This document shows positions 39,991 through 51,021 of a stretch of DNA of 64,000 nt, piece after piece. The stretch is from an uncultured Chitinophagaceae bacterium (GTDB lineage Bacteria > Bacteroidota > Bacteroidia > Chitinophagales > LD1). The notes below the pieces were generated by a model that saw only the letters and a list, made by a program, of their open reading frames with translations, was not told where the DNA came from and did not search any database. A program made the translations under genes and the position numbers. How positions within the stretch are numbered: the stretch's first letter is position 1; every line of letters begins with the position of its first letter. The stretch is from positions 2,837 through 66,836 of the forward strand of contig CAZIBY010000007.1 of assembly GCA_964537475.1 (NCBI GenBank). Reading direction: 5' to 3'.

Positions 39991-41161
39991 AGGGAAGACA
40001 AGAGGTAACGGCAAGCAACTCGCCAACTATCTTTTGACAAAGGGCGAGAATGAAAATATTCGGGTTCTGGATATTAGGGGCACTTCGCAGCCCGACGATC
40101 TGAGGGCCTCACTTTTGGAAATGTCGCTTACCTCCGAGCTTACCAAAAGTGGAAAGGGGCTATTGCACGCACAAATCAATCCCGCAGTCGGTGAAGATCA
40201 AGTAATGACTCGAGAGGATTGGTTACGATCTGCGGATATCCTTGAAACCGAATTAAAGCTCACAGGACAAAAAAGAGCTATTGTTATGCATGAAAAGAAT
40301 GGTCGCTTTCATGCTCATGTTGTCTGGGAAAGATATGATCATGAGAAGGGCATCATGATATCCGATAGTTATAATCGATATGCCCAGGATCGCGCACGTC
40401 AAACCATTGAAAAGGAATTTGGACAAAAACGAACACCTGAAAGGAATGCCAATAAAGCTAATATGAAAGTTGAGCTAACTGCTCTGTGGAATAAACACAG
40501 GTCCGCAGATGCCTTTATCAAAGAAGCAGAAAAAAGGGGCTACCTAATCGCCACGGGTAGAGACCGGCCATATATCGTGGTAGATAAATCTGGAAGGAGT
40601 TTTGATCTTATCAAAAGTTTAGACAAGATCAAAATGAAGGATGTCGGAGAGCGATTTAAGACGCAACAGTTACCGACAGAGAAAAAAGCCCTGCTTTTAG
40701 CAAAGTCTAAAAAGACTGAAAGAGGATTGAATGATAATCAGGAAAAGTTTGTTGACCGTATAAACAGTTTTAAAGAAAAAAGAGCTGCGGAGAAAGAAAA
40801 GCAACAGATGTTGAAGGATAAAGCTGTGCAGATGAAACAAGAGGGGAAGCATGTTACCAATGAGTCCATAGATACAAAACAAGATTATTTTATAAAAGGA
40901 ATAAAAAAGTTTAGGGAAAGTCGTCAAGAAGAATCCGACCATCTACCTGATCAAACATATGATCAAAAGCAACCCCAAGTTAAATACCCACAAATCAAGA
41001 CGGCTGGCAAACTAAATGCAATGCAAGAGGATAGTAAGGTAATAACTCAACCTGAAAATGAATCGGAGATAAGAAAGCGAAAGTTTAGGGAAAATCTTGA
41101 GGTAGCCAAGAAAGGGAAAGAAGATCAGGAGAAAGATCGTGACCCCGAATTTAATCCTTAA
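39980..41161 (+). CDS. MobP-type (VirD2/MobA-like) relaxase
   Basis: LANYLL, HAQINP and HEKNGRFHAHVVW HUH motif. Confidence 0.88.
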   Translation: MVIKGKTRGNGKQLANYLLTKGENENIRVLDIRGTSQPDDLRASLLEMSLTSELTKSGKGLLHAQINPAVGEDQVMTREDWLRSADILETELKLTGQKRAIVMHEKNGRFHAHVVWERYDHEKGIMISDSYNRYAQDRARQTIEKEFGQKRTPERNANKANMKVELTALWNKHRSADAFIKEAEKRGYLIATGRDRPYIVVDKSGRSFDLIKSLDKIKMKDVGERFKTQQLPTEKKALLLAKSKKTERGLNDNQEKFVDRINSFKEKRAAEKEKQQMLKDKAVQMKQEGKHVTNESIDTKQDYFIKGIKKFRESRQEESDHLPDQTYDQKQPQVKYPQIKTAGKLNAMQEDSKVITQPENESEIRKRKFRENLEVAKKGKEDQEKDRDPEFNP

Positions 41162-41226
41162 TGATAGCAACGTAACACTGAATCCATATTCCGATGACTT
41201 TGTTTCATTTTCTTTATATTCACATT

Positions 41227-41535
41227 GTGAAACTTATCTGCTTCATTCTTGCCCTTTACACGCTCAGCCTCTCGGCTCTGCCGTGTAATGATGTGCATAA
41301 TGACCAACAAAACCTTGTTGTAACTGTATCACAAGCTCAAGATCACCATGAGCAGGATAATGACATTTGCTCCCCATTTTGCCTGTGTGCATGTTGTCAA
41401 GGATTTACTAATCTCGTATCTGCAATAACTGTTACGTTTGTAACTACTCCAAAGCTAATAGATCACCCATGCTACACTGAGAGGACTATCTCTACCTCTC
41501 TTGTTTCTATCTGGCAGCCTCCGCGGTTGGTTTAA
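41227..41535 (+). CDS. DUF6660-like Cys-rich small protein upstream of the efflux operon
   Basis: LPCND, CSPFCLCACC and IWQPPR motifs; GTG at 41227 within the track ORF 41194..41535. Confidence 0.75.
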   Translation: MKLICFILALYTLSLSALPCNDVHNDQQNLVVTVSQAQDHHEQDNDICSPFCLCACCQGFTNLVSAITVTFVTTPKLIDHPCYTERTISTSLVSIWQPPRLV

Positions 41536-41607
41536 TGACAATTTTTATTCTACGATATTACCATTGTAGACAAACTATTTCATTGACCTACCATTTCAAG
41601 AAACATA

Positions 41608-44600
41608 ATGATAAATCGTATTATCCGGTTTTCCGTGAACAATAAAATGTTGACGGGTTTATTCCTAGCTGTTTTTATAGCCTATGGGATATACTCCGCC
41701 ATCAATCTTTCAATAGATGCGTTGCCTGACGTAACGAATAATCAGGTCTTGGTAAATACCAGTGCCCCGAACCTTGCAACACAAGAAGTCGAGCAGTTTA
41801 TTACTACTCCGCTAGAGCTACAATTCAAAAACATTCCCGATATGGTGGAGCTTCGTTCTATCTCCCGCAGTGGATTGTCTGTCATCACAGTTGTATTCAA
41901 GGATAATGTGCCTGTGAACATAGCCAGGCAATTAGTTACAGAACGCATCAAAAATGCAGAGGAGCAGATACCCGCTTCGTACGGCAGACCCGAATTAACA
42001 CCCTCCACCACAGGACTTGGTGAGATATATCAATATACTCTTGCTTTGAAGTCCGGCTATGAGAAGAAGTATTCTGCAATGGATTTACGCAGTACGCAGG
42101 ATTGGATTGTAAGAAAACAATTGCTCGGCGTTCCCGGAGTTGTCGATGTTAGCAGCTTTGGCGGTTATCTCAAACAATATGAAGTCGCAATCAACCCAGA
42201 GAAACTGCTAAGTATGAATATAAGCCTCTTAGAGGTGTATGATGCTCTTAGTAAGAACAATGAAAACACGGGAGGCAGCTATATTGATAAGGGGCCTAAC
42301 ATATACTTTATAAGAGGTGAGGGTTTAATTACCTCATTGAAGGATATTGAGAACATAGTCGTAAAAACCCAAGGCGGAATGCCCGTATATATAAAGGATT
42401 TAGGCGTGGCAAAATTTGGCTACGCGCCGCGATATGGAGCTATGACTAGAAATGGTAAGGGCGAGACTGTCGGGGCGGTCGTATTGATGATGAAAGGCGC
42501 TAACTCTGTGCAGGTCATTAAAGCTGTAAAGGAGCGCATGGCAAAGATCGAAAAGTCTTTGCCTGAAGGCATCTATTTAGATGCTTTTGTAGACAGGACA
42601 AAGCTCATCAATCGCACGATCAGTACGGTTGGCGAAAACCTCTTAATTGGAGCTTTAATTGTAATCTTCGTTTTGGTTATGCTTTTGGGAAATATAAGAG
42701 CTGGTTTAATTGTAGCCTCTATTATTCCGTTGTCGCTATTATTTGCAATCATCCTAATGAATCTCTTTGGAGTGAGTGCTAACCTGATGAGCATGGGTGC
42801 ACTTGATTTTGGACTTATCGTTGATGGAGCGGTCATTATTGTTGAAAGTATGATGTTTCTTCTAATGACCAGGTTTAAGGGAGCTATACTTACGCAAGAG
42901 CAAATGAATGAGGAGGTTATTAAAAGTTCCTCGCAGATAATGAAAAGTGCTGTGTTTGGACAGTTTGTGATCCTGATTGTTTATGTCCCGATCTTTGCCC
43001 TGATCGGTGTCGAGGGCAAGATGTTTCACCCAATGGCACAAACTGTCAGCTTTGCGATCATAGGTGCGCTGCTCCTTTCTTTGACCTACGTACCGCTAAT
43101 GAGTTCTTTGTTTCTATCTAAAAAGGTAGCAACAAAAGAAACGTATAGTGAGCGATTTTCGCATTGGCTGCAAAGGCATTATACCCCATTTCTCGAAAAG
43201 GTTCTCAAACACAGATTGATAGTCATTGTTTCGGCTGTCGCTTTGTTCATAGGAGTAGTGATAGTATTCTCCCGATTGGGCGGTGAATTTATACCGGAAC
43301 TTGACGAAGGAGATTTTGCAGTAAACTATACGATCCGTCAGGGAAGCAATCTGCCCCAGACCATTGCCGTAGGAACACAACTTGAAAATATCCTACTCAA
43401 AGAGTTCCCAGAGGTGAAGGAAGTAGTTTCTAAAATTGGTTCATCTGAAATCCCGACAGACCCAATGCCAGTAGAGAGTGCCGATTTGATTATTGTAATG
43501 AAAGAGCGGAAATACTGGACAACTGCCCATAGTCGTGAAGAAATGGCAGAGCTGATGAACCAAAAGCTGAGTGTGATACCCGGTATAAATCTATCATTTG
43601 AGCAGCCCATACAAATGAGGTTCAATGAACTTATAGCAGGTGTTAAATCTGACATTGCCATCAAAATATACGGTGATGATTTAGATATACTCTTTCAGAA
43701 AGGTAATGAAGTCAAGAAACTCGTTAGTGATATAAAGGGAGCGGTGGATATTAAGGTAGAGCAGATCGTAGGGATGCCACAGCTTGTCGTAAAGTATAAT
43801 CGTGATCGGATAGCGCAATACGGACTGAATATAGCGGATGTAAATAAGGTGCTAAATACAGCCCTTGCCGGAGGTCATGCAGGCATTGTTTATGAGGGGG
43901 AGCGAAGATTTGACTTAGTAGTGAGGTTAGCAGATTATAGGGATGCTGACATAGATAAGGTCAAAAACATTTTTGTCCCTCTTGCAAATGGCTCACAAAT
44001 TCCGATCAGCCAATTAGCAGATGTGACATTCAGAACTGCTCCCGCTCAGATTAGCCGAAATAACGGTGAAAGAAGAATTGTTGTAGAAGTCAATACGCGC
44101 AATAGAGATATACAAAGTGTAGCCACTGACATCGAAGCATCTCTGAATAAAAATCTCAAATTGCCTTCTGGGTATTTTATAGAATATGGAGGGACATTTG
44201 AAAATCTAAAAGAAGCAAAATCTCGTCTAACGGTTGCTGTTCCGGTTGCACTGTTACTGATTTTCGTTTTGTTGTATTTATCTTTTCGCAATTTTAAAGA
44301 AGCCTTAATCATTTTCTCGGCAATACCATTGGCTGCTATTGGCGGCATATTGGCTCTCTGGGTCAGAGGCATGAACTTTAGTATCAGTGCAGGGATAGGT
44401 TTTATTGCCTTATTCGGTGTGGCAGTATTAAACGGCATTGTATTGATCTCTTACTTTAATCGTTTGGAAGAAGAGGGCGAAGAAGATACCATGCAGCGCG
44501 TTTTAAAGGGTACAGCAGCCCGTTTGCGTCCCGTATTAGCTACGGCAGCTGTAGCATCCCTTGGATTCCTCCCTATGGCTGTAAGCACCTCCGCAGGCAG

Positions 44601-45909
44601 TGAGGTTCAAAAGCCTTTAGCTACAGTAGTGATAGGAGGTTTAATTTCGTCTACACTGCTAACTCTGGTCGTACTGCCCGTATTGTATAGCTTCCTTACT
44701 ACCAAGAAAAAGAAAGGATTGGCTGTTGGTGTAGTGCTAATCTTTGCACTGCTATTATCTGGTAATGTAAACGCACAAACTACGCTGTCTTTAGATAGTT
44801 GTATAGGTGTAGCATTGAGAAACCATCCATCTATTGCAGCAGCAGGGTTTGGAGTAGAGCAGCAGCAACAATTGAAAAAGACCTCTTTCGCTTTTGACCG
44901 TATCAATGTGAACTATCAGGGAGGGCAAATAAACGGACAGCCTATTGATTACAATATCTCTGCTACTACAGGTATTCCATTCCCTACGACCATTGTCGCA
45001 CAAACCAAGCTGCAAAATCAAAAAGTAGAACTGGCAAAGCAGCAGTTAAATGTGACAAGAGTAGAGTTGATACGAAATGTCACTATAGCATACTATCAAT
45101 TCCTATTTGGCAAACAGCGATTTCAGATGTTGTCCAATCTCGAAAACTCCTATAAAGATTTTTCTACCTATGCCAATAAGAAATACACTTTAGGCGAAAG
45201 CAATCAACTCGAAAAACTATCTGCCGAAGCACAGTTGAAACAAATCCAACTGGAGCAGCAGCAAGCGCAGAATGATATTTACTCTTATCAGGCTGAACTA
45301 CAGCAATGGATCGGTTATCAAGGTAACTTTGATATTGTCGATGATACACTAAGCGCATTACCTCCGCCTCTAATAGCAGACACATCAGCTATATCAAAAT
45401 ACCCCGCTTTAAATCTGCGTGAACAGCAAGTTACAGTAAGTCAGGCTGAGTATAAATTAGAAAGGTCAAAGTGGGCACCTTCTATTCAATTTGGTGGCTT
45501 TGTGCAAAGCCTCGAACGGGTTGCTCCCTTTGGTGGATGGAATACCGGATTGTCGCTTCCATTCATAAAAACGGGACAACAGGGACGTACGCAGGCTGCT
45601 CTATTGCAATCAAAGATTGCCACGAAAGATTATGAATCATTTCGCCTACAGCTAACTACTGCTTATTTACAGGCTTTGCAGCAGTACAATAAGTATTTCC
45701 AAGCTGTGAACTATTATAGAGCCGAAGGTTTACCGCTTGCCAATGCTATAACAAATGCAGCTTCTAAAAGCTATAAGGCAGGAGACATAGGCTATCTTGA
45801 ATATATCCTCAGTATCAAACAAGCCTATACAATAAAGAGCGACTATTTACAAGCGCTTCTTAACTATAATCAGTCAGTGGTCACACTCAATTATTACCTA
45901 AACAAATAA
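41608..45909 (+). CDS. CusA/CzcA heavy-metal RND pump fused to a TolC-like outer-membrane factor
   Basis: DALPDVTNNQV, GALDFGLIVDGAV and RLRPVLATA motifs; about 390-aa TolC-like C-terminal region. Confidence 0.93.
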   Translation: MINRIIRFSVNNKMLTGLFLAVFIAYGIYSAINLSIDALPDVTNNQVLVNTSAPNLATQEVEQFITTPLELQFKNIPDMVELRSISRSGLSVITVVFKDNVPVNIARQLVTERIKNAEEQIPASYGRPELTPSTTGLGEIYQYTLALKSGYEKKYSAMDLRSTQDWIVRKQLLGVPGVVDVSSFGGYLKQYEVAINPEKLLSMNISLLEVYDALSKNNENTGGSYIDKGPNIYFIRGEGLITSLKDIENIVVKTQGGMPVYIKDLGVAKFGYAPRYGAMTRNGKGETVGAVVLMMKGANSVQVIKAVKERMAKIEKSLPEGIYLDAFVDRTKLINRTISTVGENLLIGALIVIFVLVMLLGNIRAGLIVASIIPLSLLFAIILMNLFGVSANLMSMGALDFGLIVDGAVIIVESMMFLLMTRFKGAILTQEQMNEEVIKSSSQIMKSAVFGQFVILIVYVPIFALIGVEGKMFHPMAQTVSFAIIGALLLSLTYVPLMSSLFLSKKVATKETYSERFSHWLQRHYTPFLEKVLKHRLIVIVSAVALFIGVVIVFSRLGGEFIPELDEGDFAVNYTIRQGSNLPQTIAVGTQLENILLKEFPEVKEVVSKIGSSEIPTDPMPVESADLIIVMKERKYWTTAHSREEMAELMNQKLSVIPGINLSFEQPIQMRFNELIAGVKSDIAIKIYGDDLDILFQKGNEVKKLVSDIKGAVDIKVEQIVGMPQLVVKYNRDRIAQYGLNIADVNKVLNTALAGGHAGIVYEGERRFDLVVRLADYRDADIDKVKNIFVPLANGSQIPISQLADVTFRTAPAQISRNNGERRIVVEVNTRNRDIQSVATDIEASLNKNLKLPSGYFIEYGGTFENLKEAKSRLTVAVPVALLLIFVLLYLSFRNFKEALIIFSAIPLAAIGGILALWVRGMNFSISAGIGFIALFGVAVLNGIVLISYFNRLEEEGEEDTMQRVLKGTAARLRPVLATAAVASLGFLPMAVSTSAGSEVQKPLATVVIGGLISSTLLTLVVLPVLYSFLTTKKKKGLAVGVVLIFALLLSGNVNAQTTLSLDSCIGVALRNHPSIAAAGFGVEQQQQLKKTSFAFDRINVNYQGGQINGQPIDYNISATTGIPFPTTIVAQTKLQNQKVELAKQQLNVTRVELIRNVTIAYYQFLFGKQRFQMLSNLENSYKDFSTYANKKYTLGESNQLEKLSAEAQLKQIQLEQQQAQNDIYSYQAELQQWIGYQGNFDIVDDTLSALPPPLIADTSAISKYPALNLREQQVTVSQAEYKLERSKWAPSIQFGGFVQSLERVAPFGGWNTGLSLPFIKTGQQGRTQAALLQSKIATKDYESFRLQLTTAYLQALQQYNKYFQAVNYYRAEGLPLANAITNAASKSYKAGDIGYLEYILSIKQAYTIKSDYLQALLNYNQSVVTLNYYLNK

Positions 45910-45919
45910 TAAAACAATC

Positions 45920-47095
45920 ATGTTCAGCGATATAAAATCAAATGCCATAAATGTAACGATAGCTTCCTTGTTGCTCCTTTCATTAACCTCCTGCAAACAA
46001 AAAGGGACAGAGGTAAAGGATGCTAAGAAAGAGGATAAGGCAAGTACATCAGAGGTGAAACTTTCCGCCGATCAGATAAAAGCTATTAGCCTTAAAACAG
46101 ATACAGTTAGCTTCCGCAACCTAAAATCTTCCCTTAAGGTGAATGGCAAACTCATGTTGCCACCACAAAATCAAGCACAAGTTTCAGTATTGATAGGCGG
46201 TATTGTTAAAGACATTCCAGTGACAGAGGGCGTTTTTGTCAATAAAGGTGATGTGCTGGCAACACTCGAAAATACAGAATTCCTGCAGGTGCAACAGGAA
46301 TTTTTGGAGAATAAAGCCTCAATGAAATATCTCGAAGCCGAATACAACCGTCAAAGGGAGTTACAGAAGGAGAATATCAACTCTACAAAAACCTTTCAGC
46401 AGATAGAAGCAGATTATACTAACTCTGTAACTAAAAGCAGGGTGTTATCTGCTAAATTAAAGTTGTTCGGAGTTAATCCAGAAACCCTAACATCTGACAA
46501 AGTAAAATCGACTTTTGCTATTACCGCTCCTATAAGCGGGTCTATCAAACATATAGATGTCTTTATAGGCAAATACGCTGAGCCTAATAAGCAAATCTTT
46601 GAGATCGTCGATAATCGCTACTTGCACATTGACCTTACTATATATGAGCAAGATGTAGCTAAAATAAAGACCGGGCAGCAGGTCCTGTTTACTATTATCA
46701 ATGACTCCCACCATCCACATACCGCGACAATTTTCAGCATCAACAAGGCTTTTGAAGATAATCAGCAGGCAGTCATAGCTCACGCCAAAATCAATGCTAT
46801 AGATGACAATCTTTTACCTGGTATGTTCATTGAGGCCCGTGTACAGATAGACAACTATGAAGCAATGAGCTTGCCTAATGAAGCTATTGTTAGCAATGGC
46901 AGCGACCACTATATTTTTATAGATAAAGGTGACGGCAAATACCAAGAGGTACAAGTTACAGTAGGCACTACTGATATGAACTTCACAGAAATAACTCCCC
47001 TTCAAAATATATTCTCGGGTAGTCGTATTGTGACTACAGGAGCCTATTATCTACTAAGTCAGCTTACAAAGGGAGAGGGCGAGAATCATGAATGA
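45920..47095 (+). CDS. RND periplasmic adaptor (CzcB-like) lipoprotein
   Basis: Lipobox LTSC; VTEGVFVNKGDVL and APISG lipoyl-like motifs. Confidence 0.9.
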   Translation: MFSDIKSNAINVTIASLLLLSLTSCKQKGTEVKDAKKEDKASTSEVKLSADQIKAISLKTDTVSFRNLKSSLKVNGKLMLPPQNQAQVSVLIGGIVKDIPVTEGVFVNKGDVLATLENTEFLQVQQEFLENKASMKYLEAEYNRQRELQKENINSTKTFQQIEADYTNSVTKSRVLSAKLKLFGVNPETLTSDKVKSTFAITAPISGSIKHIDVFIGKYAEPNKQIFEIVDNRYLHIDLTIYEQDVAKIKTGQQVLFTIINDSHHPHTATIFSINKAFEDNQQAVIAHAKINAIDDNLLPGMFIEARVQIDNYEAMSLPNEAIVSNGSDHYIFIDKGDGKYQEVQVTVGTTDMNFTEITPLQNIFSGSRIVTTGAYYLLSQLTKGEGENHE

Positions 47096-47147
47096 TGTGG
47101 AATAGTCAAGAGCTTTACTTTATAGAATTACTCAATAAAATAATGAT

Positions 47148-49142
47148 ATGTCGAAAGAATGTTGCAGTTCAGATAAAAAGATAAACCGCAAAATAGATTT
47201 GCGAGCTACAGCCATAAATGGTAGCGATGATCTCGTGACCTTTAAGGATGGCGAGGATAATGATGAAAGCCACGAAAGTGATAACTCTGCAAGTTGGTTA
47301 AGTCATTGGCCTTTATTAACTGCATTGGCTATTCTTTTAGTGATGCTAATTTTGGAATATGGCTTTAAGTATCGGCCCCCATTTCCGATCAACCTAATAA
47401 TATACACGGCTGCATACTTACTCGCCGGGTACAATGTGCTGAACCTTGCCTTTCGTAAGGCAATACGATTAGATTTCTTTAATGAGTTCTTCCTCATGAG
47501 TGTTGCGACCATTGGTGCATTTGCCTTAGGTTCTTACAGTGAAGGCGTTGCTGTGATGGTTTTCTACTCGATAGGTGAATGGTTTCAGGATTCTGCTGTG
47601 GACAGAGCAAAGCGAAGTATCAAGGCCCTTTTAGATATACGCCCGGATGAGGTAACGGTTTTAAGAAATGGAGTAACCTTAACTGTTAATCCTAGTGAGG
47701 TTCAGATAGACGAAATCATACAGGTGAAAGCCGGAGAAAAGGTAGCACTGGACGGAGAGTTAAATTCAGAAGCCTCTACATTCAATACAGCAGCTTTGAC
47801 AGGTGAAAGTAAACCAGATACTAAACGCAAAGGGGAACAGGTTTTTGCAGGTATGATAAATCTCGATAAGGTTTCCGAGATCAAAGTAAAGGCACTATTC
47901 AAGGACAGCAAGCTGAGTAAGATACTTGAAATGGTACAGGATGCCACAGCAAGAAAATCCCAGACCCAACTATTCATCAGCCGATTTGCTAAAATCTATA
48001 CTCCTATTGTTTTTGCATTAGCACTGGCAGTATGCCTATTGCCCTATTTCTTTGTTCATCCGTATATTTTCAATGTTTGGTTTTATAGAGCATTGGTATT
48101 TCTCGTGATCAGTTGCCCTTGTGCTTTAGTCGTATCAATTCCTTTAGGATATTTTGGAGGTATCGGTTTAGCATCACGGAGTGGTATCTTATTCAAGGGA
48201 TCAAATTTTCTCGATGTGATCACTAAGGTGAATGTGGTGGTCATGGATAAGACAGGGACGCTGACCAAAGGCGTATTTAAGGTACAGGAAGTTATCACTA
48301 ATGGCATAGAGAAGGACGAACTGGTGAGGCTTGCAGCAGCCATAGAAAGCAATTCCACACATCCGATTGCAAAGGCTGTAGTGGCTTATGCAGGTGATAA
48401 TAGTAAGAATGTCAAAGTTGATAATGTCGAAGAAATAGCCGGACACGGATTAAAAGGCACTATCGAGGGTAAAACTGTTTTAGCCGGAAATTTAAAACTT
48501 TTAAAGAAGTTCAACATCTCTTTCCCGGTAGAAATTGAATCATTGGTAGATACCATTGTAGTTGTAGCCATTGACGGTAAGTATGCAGGCCACATAACCA
48601 TTGCAGATGAGATCAAAGAAGATGCAAAACAGGCCATTGATGAGTTACGGGCATTAGGAATAAAAACAGTTATGCTATCCGGTGATAAGCAGGCTGTTGT
48701 TTCTAAGGTAGCAACTTCATTAGGAGTTGATACTTCACATGGGGACTTATTGCCGGAGGGCAAAGTAGAAAAGGTACAGGCTTTGAAAAACGAGGGGAAG
48801 CATATTGCCTTTGTGGGTGACGGAGTGAATGATGCCCCAGTGGTAGCTTTGGCTGACGCAGGTATAGCAATGGGAGGACTTGGCAGTGATGCTACTATTG
48901 AAACAGCCGACATTGTGATCCAGAATGATCAGCCCTCAAAGATTGTCACAGCTATAAAGATCGGGAAGATAACGAGGCGTGTAGTCTGGCAAAACATAAC
49001 ATTAGCTATGACAGTAAAAGTTATTGTACTGATACTCGGCGCGGGTGGAGTGGCTACACTATGGGAGGCGGTGATAGCAGATGTAGGTGTGGCGCTGTTA
49101 GCTATACTCAATGCAGTGCGAATACAAAGGATGAAATTATAA
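47148..49142 (+). CDS. Zn/Cd/Co-translocating P1B-type ATPase (CadA/ZntA-like)
   Basis: TGES, SCPCAL, DKTGT, STHP and GDGVNDAP motifs. Confidence 0.93.
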   Translation: MSKECCSSDKKINRKIDLRATAINGSDDLVTFKDGEDNDESHESDNSASWLSHWPLLTALAILLVMLILEYGFKYRPPFPINLIIYTAAYLLAGYNVLNLAFRKAIRLDFFNEFFLMSVATIGAFALGSYSEGVAVMVFYSIGEWFQDSAVDRAKRSIKALLDIRPDEVTVLRNGVTLTVNPSEVQIDEIIQVKAGEKVALDGELNSEASTFNTAALTGESKPDTKRKGEQVFAGMINLDKVSEIKVKALFKDSKLSKILEMVQDATARKSQTQLFISRFAKIYTPIVFALALAVCLLPYFFVHPYIFNVWFYRALVFLVISCPCALVVSIPLGYFGGIGLASRSGILFKGSNFLDVITKVNVVVMDKTGTLTKGVFKVQEVITNGIEKDELVRLAAAIESNSTHPIAKAVVAYAGDNSKNVKVDNVEEIAGHGLKGTIEGKTVLAGNLKLLKKFNISFPVEIESLVDTIVVVAIDGKYAGHITIADEIKEDAKQAIDELRALGIKTVMLSGDKQAVVSKVATSLGVDTSHGDLLPEGKVEKVQALKNEGKHIAFVGDGVNDAPVVALADAGIAMGGLGSDATIETADIVIQNDQPSKIVTAIKIGKITRRVVWQNITLAMTVKVIVLILGAGGVATLWEAVIADVGVALLAILNAVRIQRMKL

Positions 49143-49160
49143 CCTATCAACTAAGAGCAA

Positions 49161-50348
49161 ATGTTTAAAGCAATTACAAGAAGTATTCTGATATTATCAA
49201 TAGTATCATTCTTTACAGACATCTCTACTGAGATGCTTTATCCTATAACACCGCTCTTTTTAAAGAGCATAGGATATTCAGCTTTATTAATAGGTATAAT
49301 CGAGGGAGTAGCAGAGGCTATTTCGGGTTTGAGTAAAGCCTATTTCGGCGAGCTGTCGGATCGCAAGGGTGTACGACTGCCATTTGTGAAAGGTGGGTAT
49401 TGGATTAGTGCTGTAGCTCGTCCTATGATGGCAGCTTTTACATTTCCTTTGTGGATTGCCACAGCAAGATCACTTGACCTTTTCGGCAAAGGTATTCGTA
49501 CTTCTGCCCGTGATGCGTTATTATCTGATGAAGCAGATAATAGCACCAAATCAACCGTATTTGGATTTCATCGTACAATGGACACTTTGGGAGCAGTAAT
49601 AGGGCCATGTATCGGCCTGCTATACTTATACTTTTATCCGAATAACTACCGTCCTATGTTCCTTATTGCTTTTATCCCGGCTGTAGCAGCAGGATTAGCA
49701 ATATTGATATTGAAGGAAAAGAAAAAGGCTGTCACTGAAAGTAAACGTAAGTGGAGTTTCTTGTCAAGTTTCAGTTACATCGGGCGAAGCCCAATCGAGT
49801 ATAAAAAGCTGCTCATAGGCCTACTGGTGTTTACTTTGTTTAATAGCAGCAATGCCTTTCTAATACTTAAAGTTAAAGCAAGTGGTCAAAGCGATATAGC
49901 AACGATAGGAGTTTATGTTTTCTATAATTTCATTTATGCTTTATTCTCATACCCTATGGGCAAACTCGCTGATAGATTTGGATCAAAAGTCATATTCTGT
50001 TTTGGTCTTGTCATATTCGCTTTAGTATATGCAGGAATGGGATTGAATACAAATCTCTATGGCTTCTATGTACTATTCTTTTTTTATGGTTTGTATATGG
50101 CGAGTACAGAGGGAGTAAGCAGAGCATGGCTTAGTAACATTGCTTCTAAAAAAGATACAGGCTCGGCATTGGGAGTATATGCTGCCCTTAATAGCATCCT
50201 GACGTTGTTTGCCAGTATCATTGCAGGTTTTATCTGGTCACACTACTCACCATCATTGACGTTTTACATTACCGCCGGAGTTACTGCTGCTGTCATTGTT
50301 TATTTTATCATAGCTATAAAGACTAATCCAGCGATCAAAGAAGATTAA
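49161..50348 (+). CDS. MFS transporter
   Basis: About 12 hydrophobic helices; GELSDRKGVR and GKLADRFG MFS loops. Confidence 0.9.
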   Translation: MFKAITRSILILSIVSFFTDISTEMLYPITPLFLKSIGYSALLIGIIEGVAEAISGLSKAYFGELSDRKGVRLPFVKGGYWISAVARPMMAAFTFPLWIATARSLDLFGKGIRTSARDALLSDEADNSTKSTVFGFHRTMDTLGAVIGPCIGLLYLYFYPNNYRPMFLIAFIPAVAAGLAILILKEKKKAVTESKRKWSFLSSFSYIGRSPIEYKKLLIGLLVFTLFNSSNAFLILKVKASGQSDIATIGVYVFYNFIYALFSYPMGKLADRFGSKVIFCFGLVIFALVYAGMGLNTNLYGFYVLFFFYGLYMASTEGVSRAWLSNIASKKDTGSALGVYAALNSILTLFASIIAGFIWSHYSPSLTFYITAGVTAAVIVYFIIAIKTNPAIKED

Positions 50349-50366
50349 TCATATAAAATCTATAAA

Positions 50367-50669
50367 ATGGATATTCAAATCGAATTGGGAGTATTGATGC
50401 TCATACAGCTTTTAGGCAGTTCAATGTTCGCTGTCTTTGAGGTGGAAACACCTGCTTGGAGGAAGATTCTTAAGTGGCTGTTATTGGATGCCATTACAAT
50501 TACGCTATCTATTTGGCTTGGTCACTGGTCGCTATTATTCCCTGCATTGATACTTGTTATCGGCTCAACCTATCATTTCTGGTTTTGCCGGAAAAATGAG
50601 ATTGATCCTCTAAACGCAACACCCCGGAAGAAATATTACGCACTACGAAAATGGACGTGGAAAGAATAA
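50367..50669 (+). CDS. Small membrane hypothetical protein
   Basis: Three hydrophobic segments; co-oriented with the metal operon. Confidence 0.65.
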   Translation: MDIQIELGVLMLIQLLGSSMFAVFEVETPAWRKILKWLLLDAITITLSIWLGHWSLLFPALILVIGSTYHFWFCRKNEIDPLNATPRKKYYALRKWTWKE

Positions 50670-50678
50670 AATCCGTTT

Positions 50679-50966
50679 TTAGAAGGGTAATGGCGGGCCG
50701 TTCAAAAGCTCCTCAGGAGTGATTTCAAGATATTCAGCGATCTCATAAATTCGTTCCTCTTCCATATGTTCGGATGTACTATTTGTAAAACGATATAGGA
50801 GCCATGCAATAATACGCACCCAATAGTCGTAAGAGAAAGAATTCGGATCTTTCTTCCACGATGGACTGAAATTCTCTACTAGATATTTTGCATCATTTAC
50901 AAAAGGTGCTCTAACTATCTCGAGATGCTTACTGTATTCTTCAAGCGTCATATTTTTTACGTTCAT
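50679..50966 (-). CDS. Hypothetical protein
   Basis: 95-aa ORF in an otherwise unassigned gap; no motif recognised. Confidence 0.5.
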   Translation of the reverse strand: MNVKNMTLEEYSKHLEIVRAPFVNDAKYLVENFSPSWKKDPNSFSYDYWVRIIAWLLYRFTNSTSEHMEEERIYEIAEYLEITPEELLNGPPLPF

Positions 50967-51021
50967 AGCGCCTCCACAATGGATATTTTCGCATATTTTT
51001 GGTATTAAATCAAGAGAATTT

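Noticed and set aside
41742-49549. Many minus-strand ORFs opposite the efflux, ATPase and MFS genes
   Set aside because: Antisense shadows of well-supported genes.
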